Assembly: GCA_943704425.1 (NCBI GenBank)
Contig: CALSCP010000583.1
Location: 1-43,701, forward strand
DNA: 43,701 nucleotides
From: Ministeria vibrans ATCC 50519
Taxonomy: Eukaryota; Protista; Filasterea
Direction: 5' to 3'
The position numbers and the translations under genes were made by a program. Under the pieces are notes generated by a model that was not told where the DNA came from, did not search any database, and saw nothing but the letters and a program-made list of their open reading frames with translations. The first letter of the stretch is position 1, and the number at the start of each line of letters is the position of its first letter. Shown in pieces: positions 12,861 through 25,000 of this stretch.

Positions 12861-13082
12861 GAGCGATTGAAGTTTCGTTCAATGTCACTTGAATTTTTTT
12901 TTTTTTTTTTGTCATGCCACGCTTACGAATCGCGTGGCGGTAGCCGGGCGTATCATCTATTGCATCTCGCAGATCGATATACGGCATACTGAATAATGAA
13001 TGATATTTATTTCTATTTTTTTTTTGTGTGAGTTAATGAAATCAGAATTACGATCATTTTTATTTGATTTTCACTTTATTCG

Positions 13083-13418
13083 ATGCTTTCGACACTGTGG
13101 CGGAGTTGTACGCAGATCGGACGGCGATCATGGGCGTCGCTTTCACGTGCGGCGGCATTGAGCCCGCTGCGATCGACGATGCGCATGAAGGTTTTGAATC
13201 TCGTGTTGAGTTGCTCTGACTGATTCCCTTTTCGCGTTCGCCAGAGCGGCCCAACCTACGAATCAATTGGGCCCGCAGACCTTGGACTGTCGTTTAAGCA
13301 GCCGGAGCGTCCACTGAACAAATTCCGCAACGTGGGAGTGTGGTTTTCGGGACTGGCTGGTGAGTGCGAAATGAGTTTGGAGTGTTGATCTCATTCTCTC
13401 TCTCTCTATCACTTTGTT

Positions 13419-13494
<76 letters not shown>

Positions 13495-14539
13495 GGTTTG
13501 TAGCCATGACGTCGGCGGTGGTTGTTGTAGGCGGGGTCACCCGGCTGACTGAGTCGGTAGGGCAGGGCGGGGCAGGGTGGGGTGGGTGCTGATGGTATGT
13601 GTTTGTGCAGGGACTGAGCATGACCAGCTGGCACTTTATCAAGGACATGAAATGGCCCGACTCAGACGAAGCTTGGGCTCAGAAGTTTGAGGAGTACAAG
13701 GAGTTTCCTGAGTACAAAGAGTAAGCAAAAAATGTGTGTGTGTGTATGTGAGTGTGCATAATGTGCTTAGTGTGCATAATGTGCTTAGTGTGCACAATGT
13801 ACTTAGTGTGCTTTGTGCGCTTAGTGCGCTTAGTGTGTACTTGTGTACTCCGTGTGTGTGCTTAGTGTGTACTTAGTGTGTGAAGATAACATCTTGTTGC
13901 AGGATCAACCGTGACATGACAGTGGAAGGATTCAAGAACATTTACTACTGGGAGTACACACACCGCTCCATTGCACGTGCCACCGGATTTGTCTACCTTA
14001 TTCCTCTTATTATCTTCCGAGTAACACACATACGACCGAAATTGAGAGAAAGGATATAAATAACGTTGAACTATAGAAACAAATTCCGCGCACTCTCTAC
14101 CCGAGAATACTTGCAACGGGCGCATTGTTGGCGTTCCAGGGCGGTCTGGGCTGGTACATGGTGCGCAGTGGTCTGGAAGAGCACCCTGAGGATCTCAATG
14201 CCGTTCCTCGAGTTAGTCAAGTAAGAATAATGTATAATATAATTTTTTGACTATTTTAAACTGATCAACGAATAACATTGTATAGTATCGTCTTGCTGCG
14301 CACTATACGACTGCGGTTGTCATTCTGCTCTCGTCCGTTTCCATTGCTCTGACGTGTCTGCGTCCCTTTCCCAAACCAGTAAGAAAAAATTGAGTCAGTA
14401 GGATGGCGAAATTTAACACTGAATTGCTGCGTAGCATCTGCACAAGAATTTGCCACGCTTGCGCACTGCGCTGACACATACTCGAAACCTCGCATTTGTG
14501 ACAGCAGTTTCAGGTAAGGGAGGAATCGAATGAAGAAAT

Positions 14540-14582
<43 letters not shown>

Positions 14583-15248
14583 CCTGACCCTAACCCTAAC
14601 CCCAACCCTAACCCTAACCCCAAAACATTTCACCTTGACCCTAACCCTAACCCTAGCCTTAATAACTGAACCCTGGCGGTATCCCTAGCTGATGATTGTT
14701 CCTCCACTTTCTTTTAGGTGCCTTTGTTGCAGGTTTGGACGCCGGAATGATCTACAATACCTTTCCAATGATGGCTGACCGTTGGATTCCCACCGATCTC
14801 CTCAGTCTGGAACCAACTTTCCGAAACTTCACTGAAAACCCTACAACAGTAATATCATTCAATGATTGTTGCATCAATTTCACTCACTTACTCTGCTGTG
14901 CCACATTTCAGGCACAATTCCAACACCGCATTCTGGGAATTACAACAGCTACCTCCGTCTTTCTATGCGGTCTGCTTGCCCGTCCCATTCCTCTACGGCC
15001 AAATGCACTTTGGGCACTTCGTATTGTCATGGCAACCGCGACAGCTCAAGTAAAGTCACACCAACTCATTGTATTGGTCATTTATATCTTTTTTTTCTGT
15101 GGTTTTGGTGTTTTAGGTTGCGCTTGGGATTGCGACTCTTTTGTACTTTGTGCCTGTTCCTTTGGCTGCTGCCCATCAGGCTGGCTCTATTACGCTCCTT
15201 TCTGCTCTCACTTGGATCGTTCATGAACTCAAAATTGTCCCAAAGTAA
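13083..15248 (+). CDS. COX15: Heme A synthase (cytochrome c oxidase assembly protein COX15)
   Basis: Arg/Ser-rich presequence MLSTLWRSCTQIGRRSW. Motifs GGVTRLTESGLSM, FEEYKEFPEY, YYWEYTHR, QGGLGWYMVRSGL, VSQYRLAAH, GAFVAGLDAGMIYNTFPMM, QFQHR and AAAHQAG. Confidence 0.96.
14588..14656 (+). repeat. Interstitial telomere-like (CCCTAA)n tract in a COX15 intron
   Basis: ccctaaccctaaccccaaccctaaccctaaccc...ccctaaccctaaccctag. Confidence 0.75.
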
Positions 15249-15371
15249 ACAATATTTTTTTTACATGCCCACTGCCACTGTTGGTTTGAAATTTTGCTAC
15301 TCGAATGCTTGTGATGCATTCTATTATTATTCATTATTAATTCATAGAATAGTTTATCTGGAGTAAAAAAA

Positions 15372-17653
15372 TTAATGTCGAGGAGAGAGGGACAAGAAGA
15401 CGCCCGGAGCGGGTTTGAGAGTGATATTGCACTCGTCGTCAATGGGCGGGTGATTGGGAACCAGTGAAACGCGAAAGCGGCGCAGTAGGAGCGAAAGCGA
15501 AACCTAAGAGAGTAATAATGAAGATAAATAAAGTGAAAAGTTTACTCAAAGTGAAAAGACGTAATTAATAATAATAATAATTATTATAATAATAATAAGC
15601 TGATTATATTTTTGTATAATAATAATCCATCCGTTATTGAAAATAAATTTACGTGTTCACAACTTACTCTCAATTCAACCATTGCAAAGTTTTGCCCAAC
15701 ACAACTTTTACGGCCGACACCAAATGGGGCAAATTGAGCGGGAGGAATAGGATTTGCGGTGAGACGGTCTTCGTTGAAGCGGGAAGGACGGAAGGAGAGG
15801 ACGTCGGAGCCCCAGAAGGAAGGATCGCGGTGGGGTGTCAGGAAGTCAATGATGATGTGTGTGTCTTCCTGTGGGGTTGAATAGTGTGTGAGTGGCTGTT
15901 TGTGCAAGTAAAACTGAGTGACTCTGTGTAAGTGAAATATGGCTCATTTTGAGTGCGTTTCTATCGAGTAGAGCACAAATATCAATTTCACTTACGGGAA
16001 TATCATAACCAGCAATTTTGACATCACGCACTGCCGATCGACCAGTGATCTACTCACAAAACAAACAAACGTTAGACTCAGTGATTATGCACAAATTGAG
16101 ATGATAATAATTATTATAAATTTGGTACTGGGGCAACTGGAAAGAGTCTGAGAGTCTCTTTGATAAGATTATCGATTGGTTTGAGTTGTGACAACGTTTC
16201 GTAGGAAATTTCGGTTGAAAGATCGCTTCCCAAAAGAGAAACTAGTTCCTAATGAGAGATAGAGGAAGAATGAGATGTGATTAAAGTTTTTTTTTTAATT
16301 CTTTTGGTTTACGGTTGCGAGTGATTCTTGGTAATCTGGATTTTGAGCGAGTTGAAGGAAGATCCATGCAAGAGTGTTTGACGTGGTTTCATGGCCCGCA
16401 AGAAAGAACATTAGAGTCTCATCGACAAGCTCGTCTGTTGTGAGCACATCGCCCTAAGAGAAAAAAAAAGGTAGGTTTACACTGGTCATCAAAGTTAGGG
16501 TTAGAGGTACGCTTACGTCTTCTGTTTTCGTCATAAGCATATCCAACAGTGTCTTCTCTCCCGTTTCCTTCTCTTCTCGTTCCTGAATCACAGTTTGAAC
16601 AAAACTCTACAAAAATAAACAACAAAATCAACACAGGGCTTTACAATCCACCACAATTTCGTAAGTACCTTCAACGTCTGAATGTTCTGACGAAACTTGG
16701 ACTCACTGTGTCGAAACATTACTTTCCACAGTGCTTCGGGAATCGTAATGCGCTCCTGCACCTGCACGGTCGCCTCCGAAATCGTCGAGTACAGTTCCGC
16801 ATTCTATTCCAAAAAAAAAACACAATAATTACGCAAATGGCAAAATCTGATTCGTTAGTGGGGGGATTCTTTGATTAATTAGAATCAGTGCTGGAGATGA
16901 AAGACTTTTTTCTTCAATTGATTTATTTAGCAAGTGAGGAGTGTCTCTTTGAAATTTGAATGTGAAAAATGATTGTGTTGCGCAAAAGAGCAATGCCAAT
17001 GAATATAAAATTAATGCGTTTTTTTTCGTTTGAAACCGTCTGTGTGTTAATTCTGAGTGGTTGGTACCTTTGGGAGCATTCCAAAGGCACATTCGCAAAT
17101 GACATTCATTGTGAGCTGTGAAAAGTCCTTGAGAGTGTCGACGCGCGCGAGAGACTGTTCCCACTGACTGATGAGCGAAAGAGTGTGGCGGTGCACGACC
17201 GAGACCTCGCGCCGCAGTTGTTGCGGGTGGAATGCGGGTGTGACAAGTTTGCGGTGGCGTTTCCACACTGGTCCGTCCAGAATCAACAGTCCCTACTCAG
17301 AAACGTTATTTGTGAGAGGATTGATTCTTTTGTGGCGTTACGTCGGAGAGGGGGCGGAAGGCAACAGCAAAGTTCCGGCTTGAATGGTAGTTTTCGGGTT
17401 GGGTCAGAATCTGCATGAGAAGAGGAGAGTGAGTGGAACGCGCTGATTGATTGTGTGATATTAATTGTTGTATCGTGTTTTTGTGTGTCGCATTGTGTGT
17501 TCCACATGCTGGTGTGTGTATGGGTTGTATTGCGTGTTTCTGGTGTGTGTGTGTCTGTGTTGGGTGTGTCGTTTGCTGTGTTGTGGGTGTGTGTCATGTG
17601 TTAGTGTGTGTCTGTGTTGAGTGTGCCATATGTCAGTGTGTGTGCGCGCGCGC

Positions 17654-17738
<85 letters not shown>

Positions 17739-17818
17739 GGGTGTGTCGTTTGCTGTGTTGTGGGTGTGTGTCATGTGTTAGTGTGTGTCTGTGTTGAGTG
17801 TGCCATATGTCAGTGTGT

Positions 17819-17895
<77 letters not shown>

Positions 17896-17905
17896 NNNNN
17901 NNNNN

Positions 17906-17998
<93 letters not shown>

Positions 17999-18424
17999 CA
18001 TTCCGTGCCTGTTTGATGAGTGCGGGATCAGAGACATTGATGCCTCGCGCAAACGGAGTCCACCAGCTCTGAATGGCGCCGTACTCCTTCGACATCTCAT
18101 GGAAAAGCTTGTGGATGTGCCCTTTGCCATCGGCGTCCTGTGAGCGGCGAGAACGACAAAAGAGCGTTTCACATGAGAACCAAACAAAGAACGTTCACGA
18201 CTCCACTTCCAGCGAAACCAAACGCCGTGCGCACCTTCAGGTAGCCCAGATGACCCAGGACGAACGCTGCCGGCTTGTGCGGGATGTTTGACAGGCCGCG
18301 TTGCCACACTATGAGCTTAACGACCTGTGGAGGAGAGGAGAGAGTGAGAGACTGTGGAAATGGCGGTTGGGCGGACATAGAGTGTCGAGAGCACTGCAGC
18401 GCCTCCAAGAAGGAAGAGGAACAT
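15372..18424 (-). CDS. Cytochrome P450 (CYP4/CYP3-clan-like motifs)
   Basis: N-terminal anchor MFLFLLGGAAVLSTLY, WKRHRKLVTPAFH, I-helix FLAGHETTS, K-helix KETLRL, HRDPSFWG..FRPSRF, heme motif PFGVGRKSCVG. Multi-exon; one intron spans the N gap at 17896-17905. Confidence 0.95.
17541..17998. repeat. (GT)n/(GC)n microsatellite block with a ~180-nt tandem duplication and a 10-N gap
   Basis: The unique-looking stretch GTTGGGTGTGTCGTTTGCTG...CCATATGTCAG occurs twice (about 17557 and 17735), next to the gap. Confidence 0.85.
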
Positions 18425-18645
18425 CTTGATTCTTGTGGAGATTGCAAGAGACGCTGTTTGCAAGATACAGAAAAGTGTGACTCAAAACTCAATTTACTAA
18501 ACTTGAGTCCATCATGGTTCACTCGTTGACTCATTGAGTATTGACGATTACAGTCATTACACTTCTCTTGCTTCTCTCTTTGTCCCATAACTCTCTCGCC
18601 CGACCCTTCCCCATACCTTGGAGAGTGTACGAGAGCCACTGCGCC

Positions 18646-19047
18646 ATGTCATCTGGGGCTGCTCGCACGCTGGGCGAGACGATGAGCTTCACATCGGTAA
18701 ATGCGTCCACGTCGTTCCTTCGTCCTCTGACTGCGCCGGCCGGGCCACTCTCATCGTAGTTTATGAGGAGACGCGAAGTTCTAAACATCTACCGTCAGTT
18801 TTTACGCGCCATTCGTCGTAAGGAGACTCAATGAGAGAGAGTGAGTGAGAGAGAGAGAGTCACTCACTTCACTCATTGTGTTGTTGTAGCTCTCTCGCCA
18901 ACGGATCGCTCCCAGATGCGCTCTCACATTCGCGACGACATTGAGCGCAACCGACACCTCACCGATCCGACGGCGATCGGCATGATGATCACCGGTGCTC
19001 GAATGCAACTCAAGGAGATCCAGTCGTCTCTTCCGCCGTCTGCCTGA
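18646..19047 (+). CDS. LYRM2: LYR-motif mitochondrial protein, LYRM2-like
   Basis: Three exons give MSSGAARTLGETMSFTSFMRRREVLNIYRQFLRAIRPLSPTDRSQMRSHIRDDIERNRHLTDPTAIGMMITGARMQLKEIQ. This matches the LYRM2 pattern (F.RR..VL..YR..L..IR ... I.MMIT.G.MQLKE). Confidence 0.8.
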
Positions 19048-19226
19048 CCCCATCTCGCATGTCCCCATCTCTTGTACACCGATCAATTGTCTATTATCTA
19101 TGCACTACTACCAACCCTCTAAAATACATCATTAATCTAAAAAAAAAACGACAGCGCACAGAGGGCTTGTCAAACGTTACACACACACACTCTCTCTCTA
19201 CACTCACTCGTTCTCTCTCCACTCAT

Positions 19227-19937
19227 TTACGCCGTCGTCTCGTCGGTTGGCGGAGCAAAATGCTCGTAGCTCGGTGGGGGCGGGTCGGCAGAGGTGGCTG
19301 CTGTCTGTGGTTGCTGCTGCTGCTGCTGCGGAGGGTACAAGGCGGGCTGCTGTGGAGGGTATGAGGTGGGCTGCTGCGGTCCAGGATACATTGCGGGCTG
19401 CTGCGGAGGCGGATAGGCTCCTTGCGTGCCCTGGTAGACGGGGTACATCTGGACTTGCTGGGGAGCGGCGCGGTACAGGTCTGGCTTGGGCTGGACGTAC
19501 TGCGGCTGCTGGCCCTGGTAGTACGGCTCGCTCGTCGCCGTGATGGTGTACGTGGTCGTCGCTGCTGCCGCCTGCTGCCGCCGCCGCCGCATCATAATGC
19601 AGCAGACTGCAAGAAGAATCGCTCCGAGGAACAGGCATCCCGCAACAATGCCTGAACACGCGCGTGTGAGCGAAAATGGTTTTGGTGTTCCGCAACACAC
19701 ACAAACAAAAGAATAAAAAAAAACCCTTTACCGACAATCATAAAGATATTTTCGCATGATTCAGAGCTGGCACATTGACAATTGATGACACATCCTTCAG
19801 GCTGTGGTCGCAAAAGAGGTGTGACAAGGAAGGAGAGTGAGAAAACAAAACAAAACAGTCGCCAAACAACAACGTACGCATTGGTACGGCTGAGGGCACC
19901 GCCTCGAGATGTGGTGGGCGCTATAGACGCTTTCCAT
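19227..19937 (-). CDS. Small single-pass membrane protein: Cys-rich ectodomain, TM-CC-polyArg, Gln/Pro/Tyr-rich tail with PPSY (Shisa-like)
   Basis: Three exons: MESVYSAHHISRRCPQPYQC / PEGCVINCQCASSESCENIFMIV / GIVAGCLFLGAILLAVCCIMMRRRR...DPPPPSYE. Confidence 0.7.
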
Positions 19938-20096
19938 CGCAAATGAGAGGGGAATTTTTTTGTTAGTTGCAACTGCAGTTGCAAAATTGAAGATTGATCA
20001 TGGAGAAGCTATTTGAATAATTATAAATAAATTTAATAAATTCACTGTTCTTCATAGCCAATTGCGCATCTCTGAGACTCTTCGTTGCTTTTTAGT

Positions 20097-20619
20097 ATGA
20101 AGGTCGTTGTGGTGCTTGCTGCTCTCATTGCGGTAAGTTTTTTTTTCTGTTGATGCTAAAACCGGAAAACCCCACTTGATTGTCTATGCGCACCGACTGT
20201 ACGCCTACGTGCCATCTGTACGCCGTTCTTGCTCCAGCGCATCGGGCACAGCCCGTGTATTGAGAGGGAGGCGTTGATGATGTTGATGCACACACAATAC
20301 GTTTGTTTGTCTCACTGTCTCTCTCCTCTCTGTCCCATCCCCGCCTCTCTCTTCTCCCCACACGCATCCATTCTGATGTACGCAACCCCAATGCGTAGTC
20401 TGCGTATGCTGCCGTCGACGCTACGGGGTACTTTCTGAAGGACGCTGCAGCCAATGACGGCGCACAGTGCCTGGACGGGACCCCTGGCGCGTACTACCAC
20501 CGCCCGGGCAAGGACAGTGGTGCCAACAAGTGGTACATCCATCACCAGGTATGTTTGAGCGGTTTTGAGAGAGAGAGAAGCAGAAAGGAAAAAAAAAAAA
20601 CAATTGAACTTTACACTCA

Positions 20620-20653
<34 letters not shown>

Positions 20654-22011
20654 CGGATGTTTTCAGGGCGGCGGCTGGTGCGAGTCGCTGACCGACTGCC
20701 GTGGCCGTGCCAACGGAGACCTGGGATCCTCCAAGGCGTACCCTAAGGACGCCGATCTGGGCGGTGGCTACTTCTCGACGGATCCCAAGGAGAACCCGCA
20801 AATGTAAACAATTCTGTAACCCTAACCCTAACCCTAACCCTTGCGTCTGCTTTTCCCTCTCAACACGACGCCTTTTTCTTTTTCCTTTATAGGTACAACT
20901 GGAACAGCGTTTTCCTGCGCTACTGCGACGGCGGTTCGTTTTCAGGCAGCAACTCGTCGACCACGATGGTGCAAGGTATGGAGCTGCACTGGCGCGGCAA
21001 GCACATTCTCAAGGCCATGATTGACGATCTGCTCAACAACCGCGGACTGGCCAAGGCGACGGACATTGTCATCAGTGGCTGCTCCGCCGGAGGACTTGCA
21101 AGTAAAACACACACACTCACTCACACACATATATATACCAGAATAAGAATCGCTCATGTTGGCATTCCTTAGCGTATCTTCATGTGGACCATTGGGCGTC
21201 GCGCATGCCTACTGGCGCCAAAGTGCGCGGAATGCCCGACAGTGGATTTTTCATGGACTACCAGGGCCCGCCAGCTTACCAGTCAGGCATGCAGTGGCTG
21301 TTCTACCAGATGAACAGCACATCGGGAGTTAATGAGCGGTGCATCAGTGCCCACCAGAGCACACACGACACCCACAAGTGCATCTTTGCTCAACACACTG
21401 CGCCTCACATCCAGACTCCCATCTTCCCTCTCCAGGCCGAGTACGACTCGTGGCAGATTGGAAATGATTTGGGTGTTCCGGTACAAAAAAAATAAGAAAA
21501 GAAAAATTAGTCATGTTTTGTGGACTCTTCTTCTTCTTGTGATCATTTAGACTTCAAACGTTGCGACCATCAACGAATGGGGAAAGAATCTCACAACTAT
21601 CTTTCAACAGACTGTTCTGAACCGTCCGCAAAACTCCGCTTTCCTCGATAGGTAATAACCATAAGGAGCCAATTGGTTTACTCACTTGCGGGTTTTTTTT
21701 TGCGTTTTGATATGTTTAGCTGTCTTCATCACTGTGGAGAGTGGCAGTAAGTCCATAGCACACACATCACGCTACATTCAAACTTTTTTTTTTACTCAAC
21801 GGAGTCACTCAAAACACGCCTAAACAAAAAATTCACCGGCAAAATAAATTCAAATATCACACTCACCCATTTCGCTTATCGACACTACAGGTCGATCCGC
21901 ATCGACGGTACGCTTTCGGCACAGGCCTTCCAGCAGTGGTATGAGGGCACCAGCTCCGCCCGCTACATTCAGGGAAAGCCTTACGAGTGTGCTGACTGCT
22001 GCAAGCCTTGA
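20097..22011 (+). CDS. Secreted pectin-acetylesterase/Notum-family carboxylesterase
   Basis: Signal peptide MKVVVVLAALIA. Motifs CLDGTPGAYY, QGGGWC, NWNSVFLRYCDGGSFSG, GCSAGG (Ser), DSGFF, YDSWQ (Asp) and DSCLHHC (His, on a ~27-nt exon at 21720-21746). Confidence 0.92.
20817..20840 (+). repeat. Telomere-like (CCCTAA)3-4 in an intron of the esterase gene
   Basis: taaccctaaccctaaccctaaccc. Confidence 0.65.
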
Positions 22012-22094
22012 AAGCAAACAAAAACATACACTCCCAATTGAAACTTTGGTAAACTCTCTCGAATTTAAAAAGAATATGTCTTATGATTGTTCAT

Positions 22095-25000
22095 TCATTG
22101 GCTGCCAAGTCCACCCAATGTGCCTGCACGCACCAGATAGAGCTGCACCGATTCACGCAACAGTGTATCGCGTGCAGAGACCAACTGCGCCACGAGACCA
22201 AAGAGCGCCGGCATCAGCTCAATGAACTAGACAAACGAGTTATCTCTCCATCACTTTGTTTCTTTCTTCCTCCTCTATCTATCTCTCCACTTTGTTTCTT
22301 TCTCCCTCCTCTCTCTATCTCTTTGCCTTCCTCTCTCTCTTACCTTCTCATCGGACATGCCTAATAGAATGGGCATGACGTCCTTGCGCAGCACATCCTC
22401 CCACGCCTGCACGACCATGGGGGCATCCCCACCACCGCCCGTTCCCGACGACACCAGCTCCCCATGACGAGCTACAGCCGCCCGCAGGAGTGCCAACAGC
22501 TGACCCTTGGCCTCCACCCGCTCGGTGCCTGCCCGCTTCCCTTCCCGATCTTGCCACACGCGCGACACCACTTGCACAACACAACTCGTCGAACTCGCCT
22601 CAAACATAATCAATGATGGCACATGTCGCGTCAGCCCACTGTCCACAAAGTTCTGCCGCAGTGCCTAAACATATTTAAAAACGATGAGAACAAACACACA
22701 CGTTTTCTTTTTTCGATTCTTCTTGTACCTTGTTCGTGTTGAACGAACGTGCAAACTCACCACACTCGGCAGCGGCACGCAAGAGCGGCTGAACTCCCTC
22801 CGCCACACACACCGCCTCGTACATCCCCCACGTGTCCGTGACCATTGCCTCGCGCACAAAGTCCAACAGCAACTGCAACACCTCAATGCGAATGACCACA
22901 TGGTGGAAATCACTTTCTGTCTCACGCAGCTGCGTAAACGCCGCAGGACGATCCCACAGCTGTCCTTGCGCCGCCATCTCATGCACATCGGTGGGCGCAC
23001 GTTGTCGCTCGTCCACAAAGAACACTCGGTCGCACAGCAGTCGCGTGCGCGCAGTGCGGTAGTTGCGCTGCATCGTCGCGCGCGTCCATCCCAGTACATG
23101 TCGCGGGATTGTCTGCTCCAGCAGCGACATGACCGCCCGAATCACATGTCCCCATCCCGCCTCCGTCAGCGACGCCCCATTCTTCGACACCAAATGTCGC
23201 AATGACGAAATTCCTGCAGAATGAATGAGTACAAAAAATTATTTCCTTTCTTATTCCTTACCAGCCTTTGCGACCACTTCACGATCAACTCGAATGGCGG
23301 CCACCAGCAAACTGATCATGGCACCAATGAGATCATCTGTGACACCGCCAGGAAGGTTGAGATGGAAGTCGCTAAACAGGTCGGCAAGCAGGCAGAGGAC
23401 ATGCTTGAAGTTGGCGTCGCAGCTGCTGGCACTCTTTAGGCTGTTTTTGGTGCTGCTGCCGTCGGTGTTGTTGTCGTCGTCACCCTTGGCCGCGTACAGC
23501 AGACGATAGGCAAGAGGAATAAGTGCCTCGCAGACAAGACGCACACAAAACTCGCGCGTGAAGAGCGGACACGTCTCGCGGATAGTGGCAAAGAGTGCGT
23601 CGAGCACACGCGCCTGTGTGTCGACGGGACACGAACGGGCGGTACGCGTCATGTTCTCCAATAGGTCCCACCACATGTCGAGACCGCCCTCCTCTTCGCC
23701 CTCGTAGTCGCCAAACTGGTCAAATTCGTTGTTCTTGAGCGACGACGTGTCGTTGCGCATCACAAGCTGACCGCGCACCGCCAGCTGGTCCTGTCGCTTG
23801 CGTCGTCGCTTGTGGTGCAGTCCCGCCAGACGGCCCGTGATCAACTTGAGGCACACGACCGCCTCGCTTGTGTCCAGACGGTCCTTGGACTCGGCACAGA
23901 AGAGCAGCAGAGAGCGGATACAATCGCGCGCCAATGCACGCAGCACAAACGCGTCCTTTTCCACTGCGACCCGATACACATCGAAGACGGTTGTCACTTC
24001 GCGCATCTCGGTCGCTTCGGCCGAGCTGGGCTCCATAATGGCCTCCTCGGTAAGCACACCCGCCTTGACATTGCACATGTTGGAGCAAGCAAAGAAGATC
24101 TCGCGCCAGGCACTGCGCGTCATGCTCGCCGCATAGTGAAACACATGCGTTGTCAGAGTGCGCGCTGTCGCAGACCGCACAGCTGCAAGGGGAGTGCGTG
24201 CCATCAGACGACCCAGCGTACGCAGCAGCACCGCTTGCATCGAAACACGCTCTGCCCATGGTCGTTCGCCACCGGGATCTGCCGAGATGTCCGGGAAGAA
24301 CTCGGCTGAGTCTTCCACCTCCATCTTCGCGTCCGCCTCCTTCTTCGCTTCCGCCCCACCTTCCTCTTCAAGTGCCTGCTGTTCCGGTTGAGGCTGAGCC
24401 TTGGCCTCTCCCAAGTCAAGTCCTTGCAACAAAGATGCAGTCGATACCGTTGGATCCACAGGCAAATTAAGTGCGGCGCTCGTAGACGACGCAGTTTTCA
24501 TTCCCATCGCACCATTGTTCTTCGTGGGCTTGTGCGACTCAACCACCGAGCGCTTCTCTGCCTCGACGTACGTCGTGAGACACGCCGAGAGCCGCTGACT
24601 CACATATAGACCCATCTTGACGTCATTGTGTGCGCCCACACGCGCCACCATGTCTCCACAGGTGCGCCACATGGCACCCATGTCAAAGTTGCTGCGAATC
24701 TCCGGATTGGTGTTGAGCTCGAGCACTTCGCAGAGACGACGCGCCGACAGAAGAAACTGCAGCGGGTCACTGAGCTCCTCCATTGTAACACGACAGAGTG
24801 CACGCAAGAAGGCAAGCAGTGCCTGACCATTAAGCGACACCGACTGCTGGAAGAGACCGTTGACTTTGGCGCGGAAGCGGTCAGTACTGATCAGTCGCAG
24901 TGCAACAGCACGGTCGCCACTGACGGGCGGAAGCACGAGACGACGGGCACGAGCCATGGTAGAGTCACCACGCTGCTGGTCGGCGGCCACTTGCAACTCG

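Noticed and set aside
12916-12938. GCCACGC..GCGTGGC inverted repeat in the ACAP/COX15 divergent promoter
   Set aside because: It is a single 7-bp stem not seen in the other divergent spacers, so it cannot be distinguished from chance.
17557-17905. Biological tandem duplication in the P450 intron
   Set aside because: Near-identical copies beside a gap within a GT microsatellite are most likely an assembly artefact.
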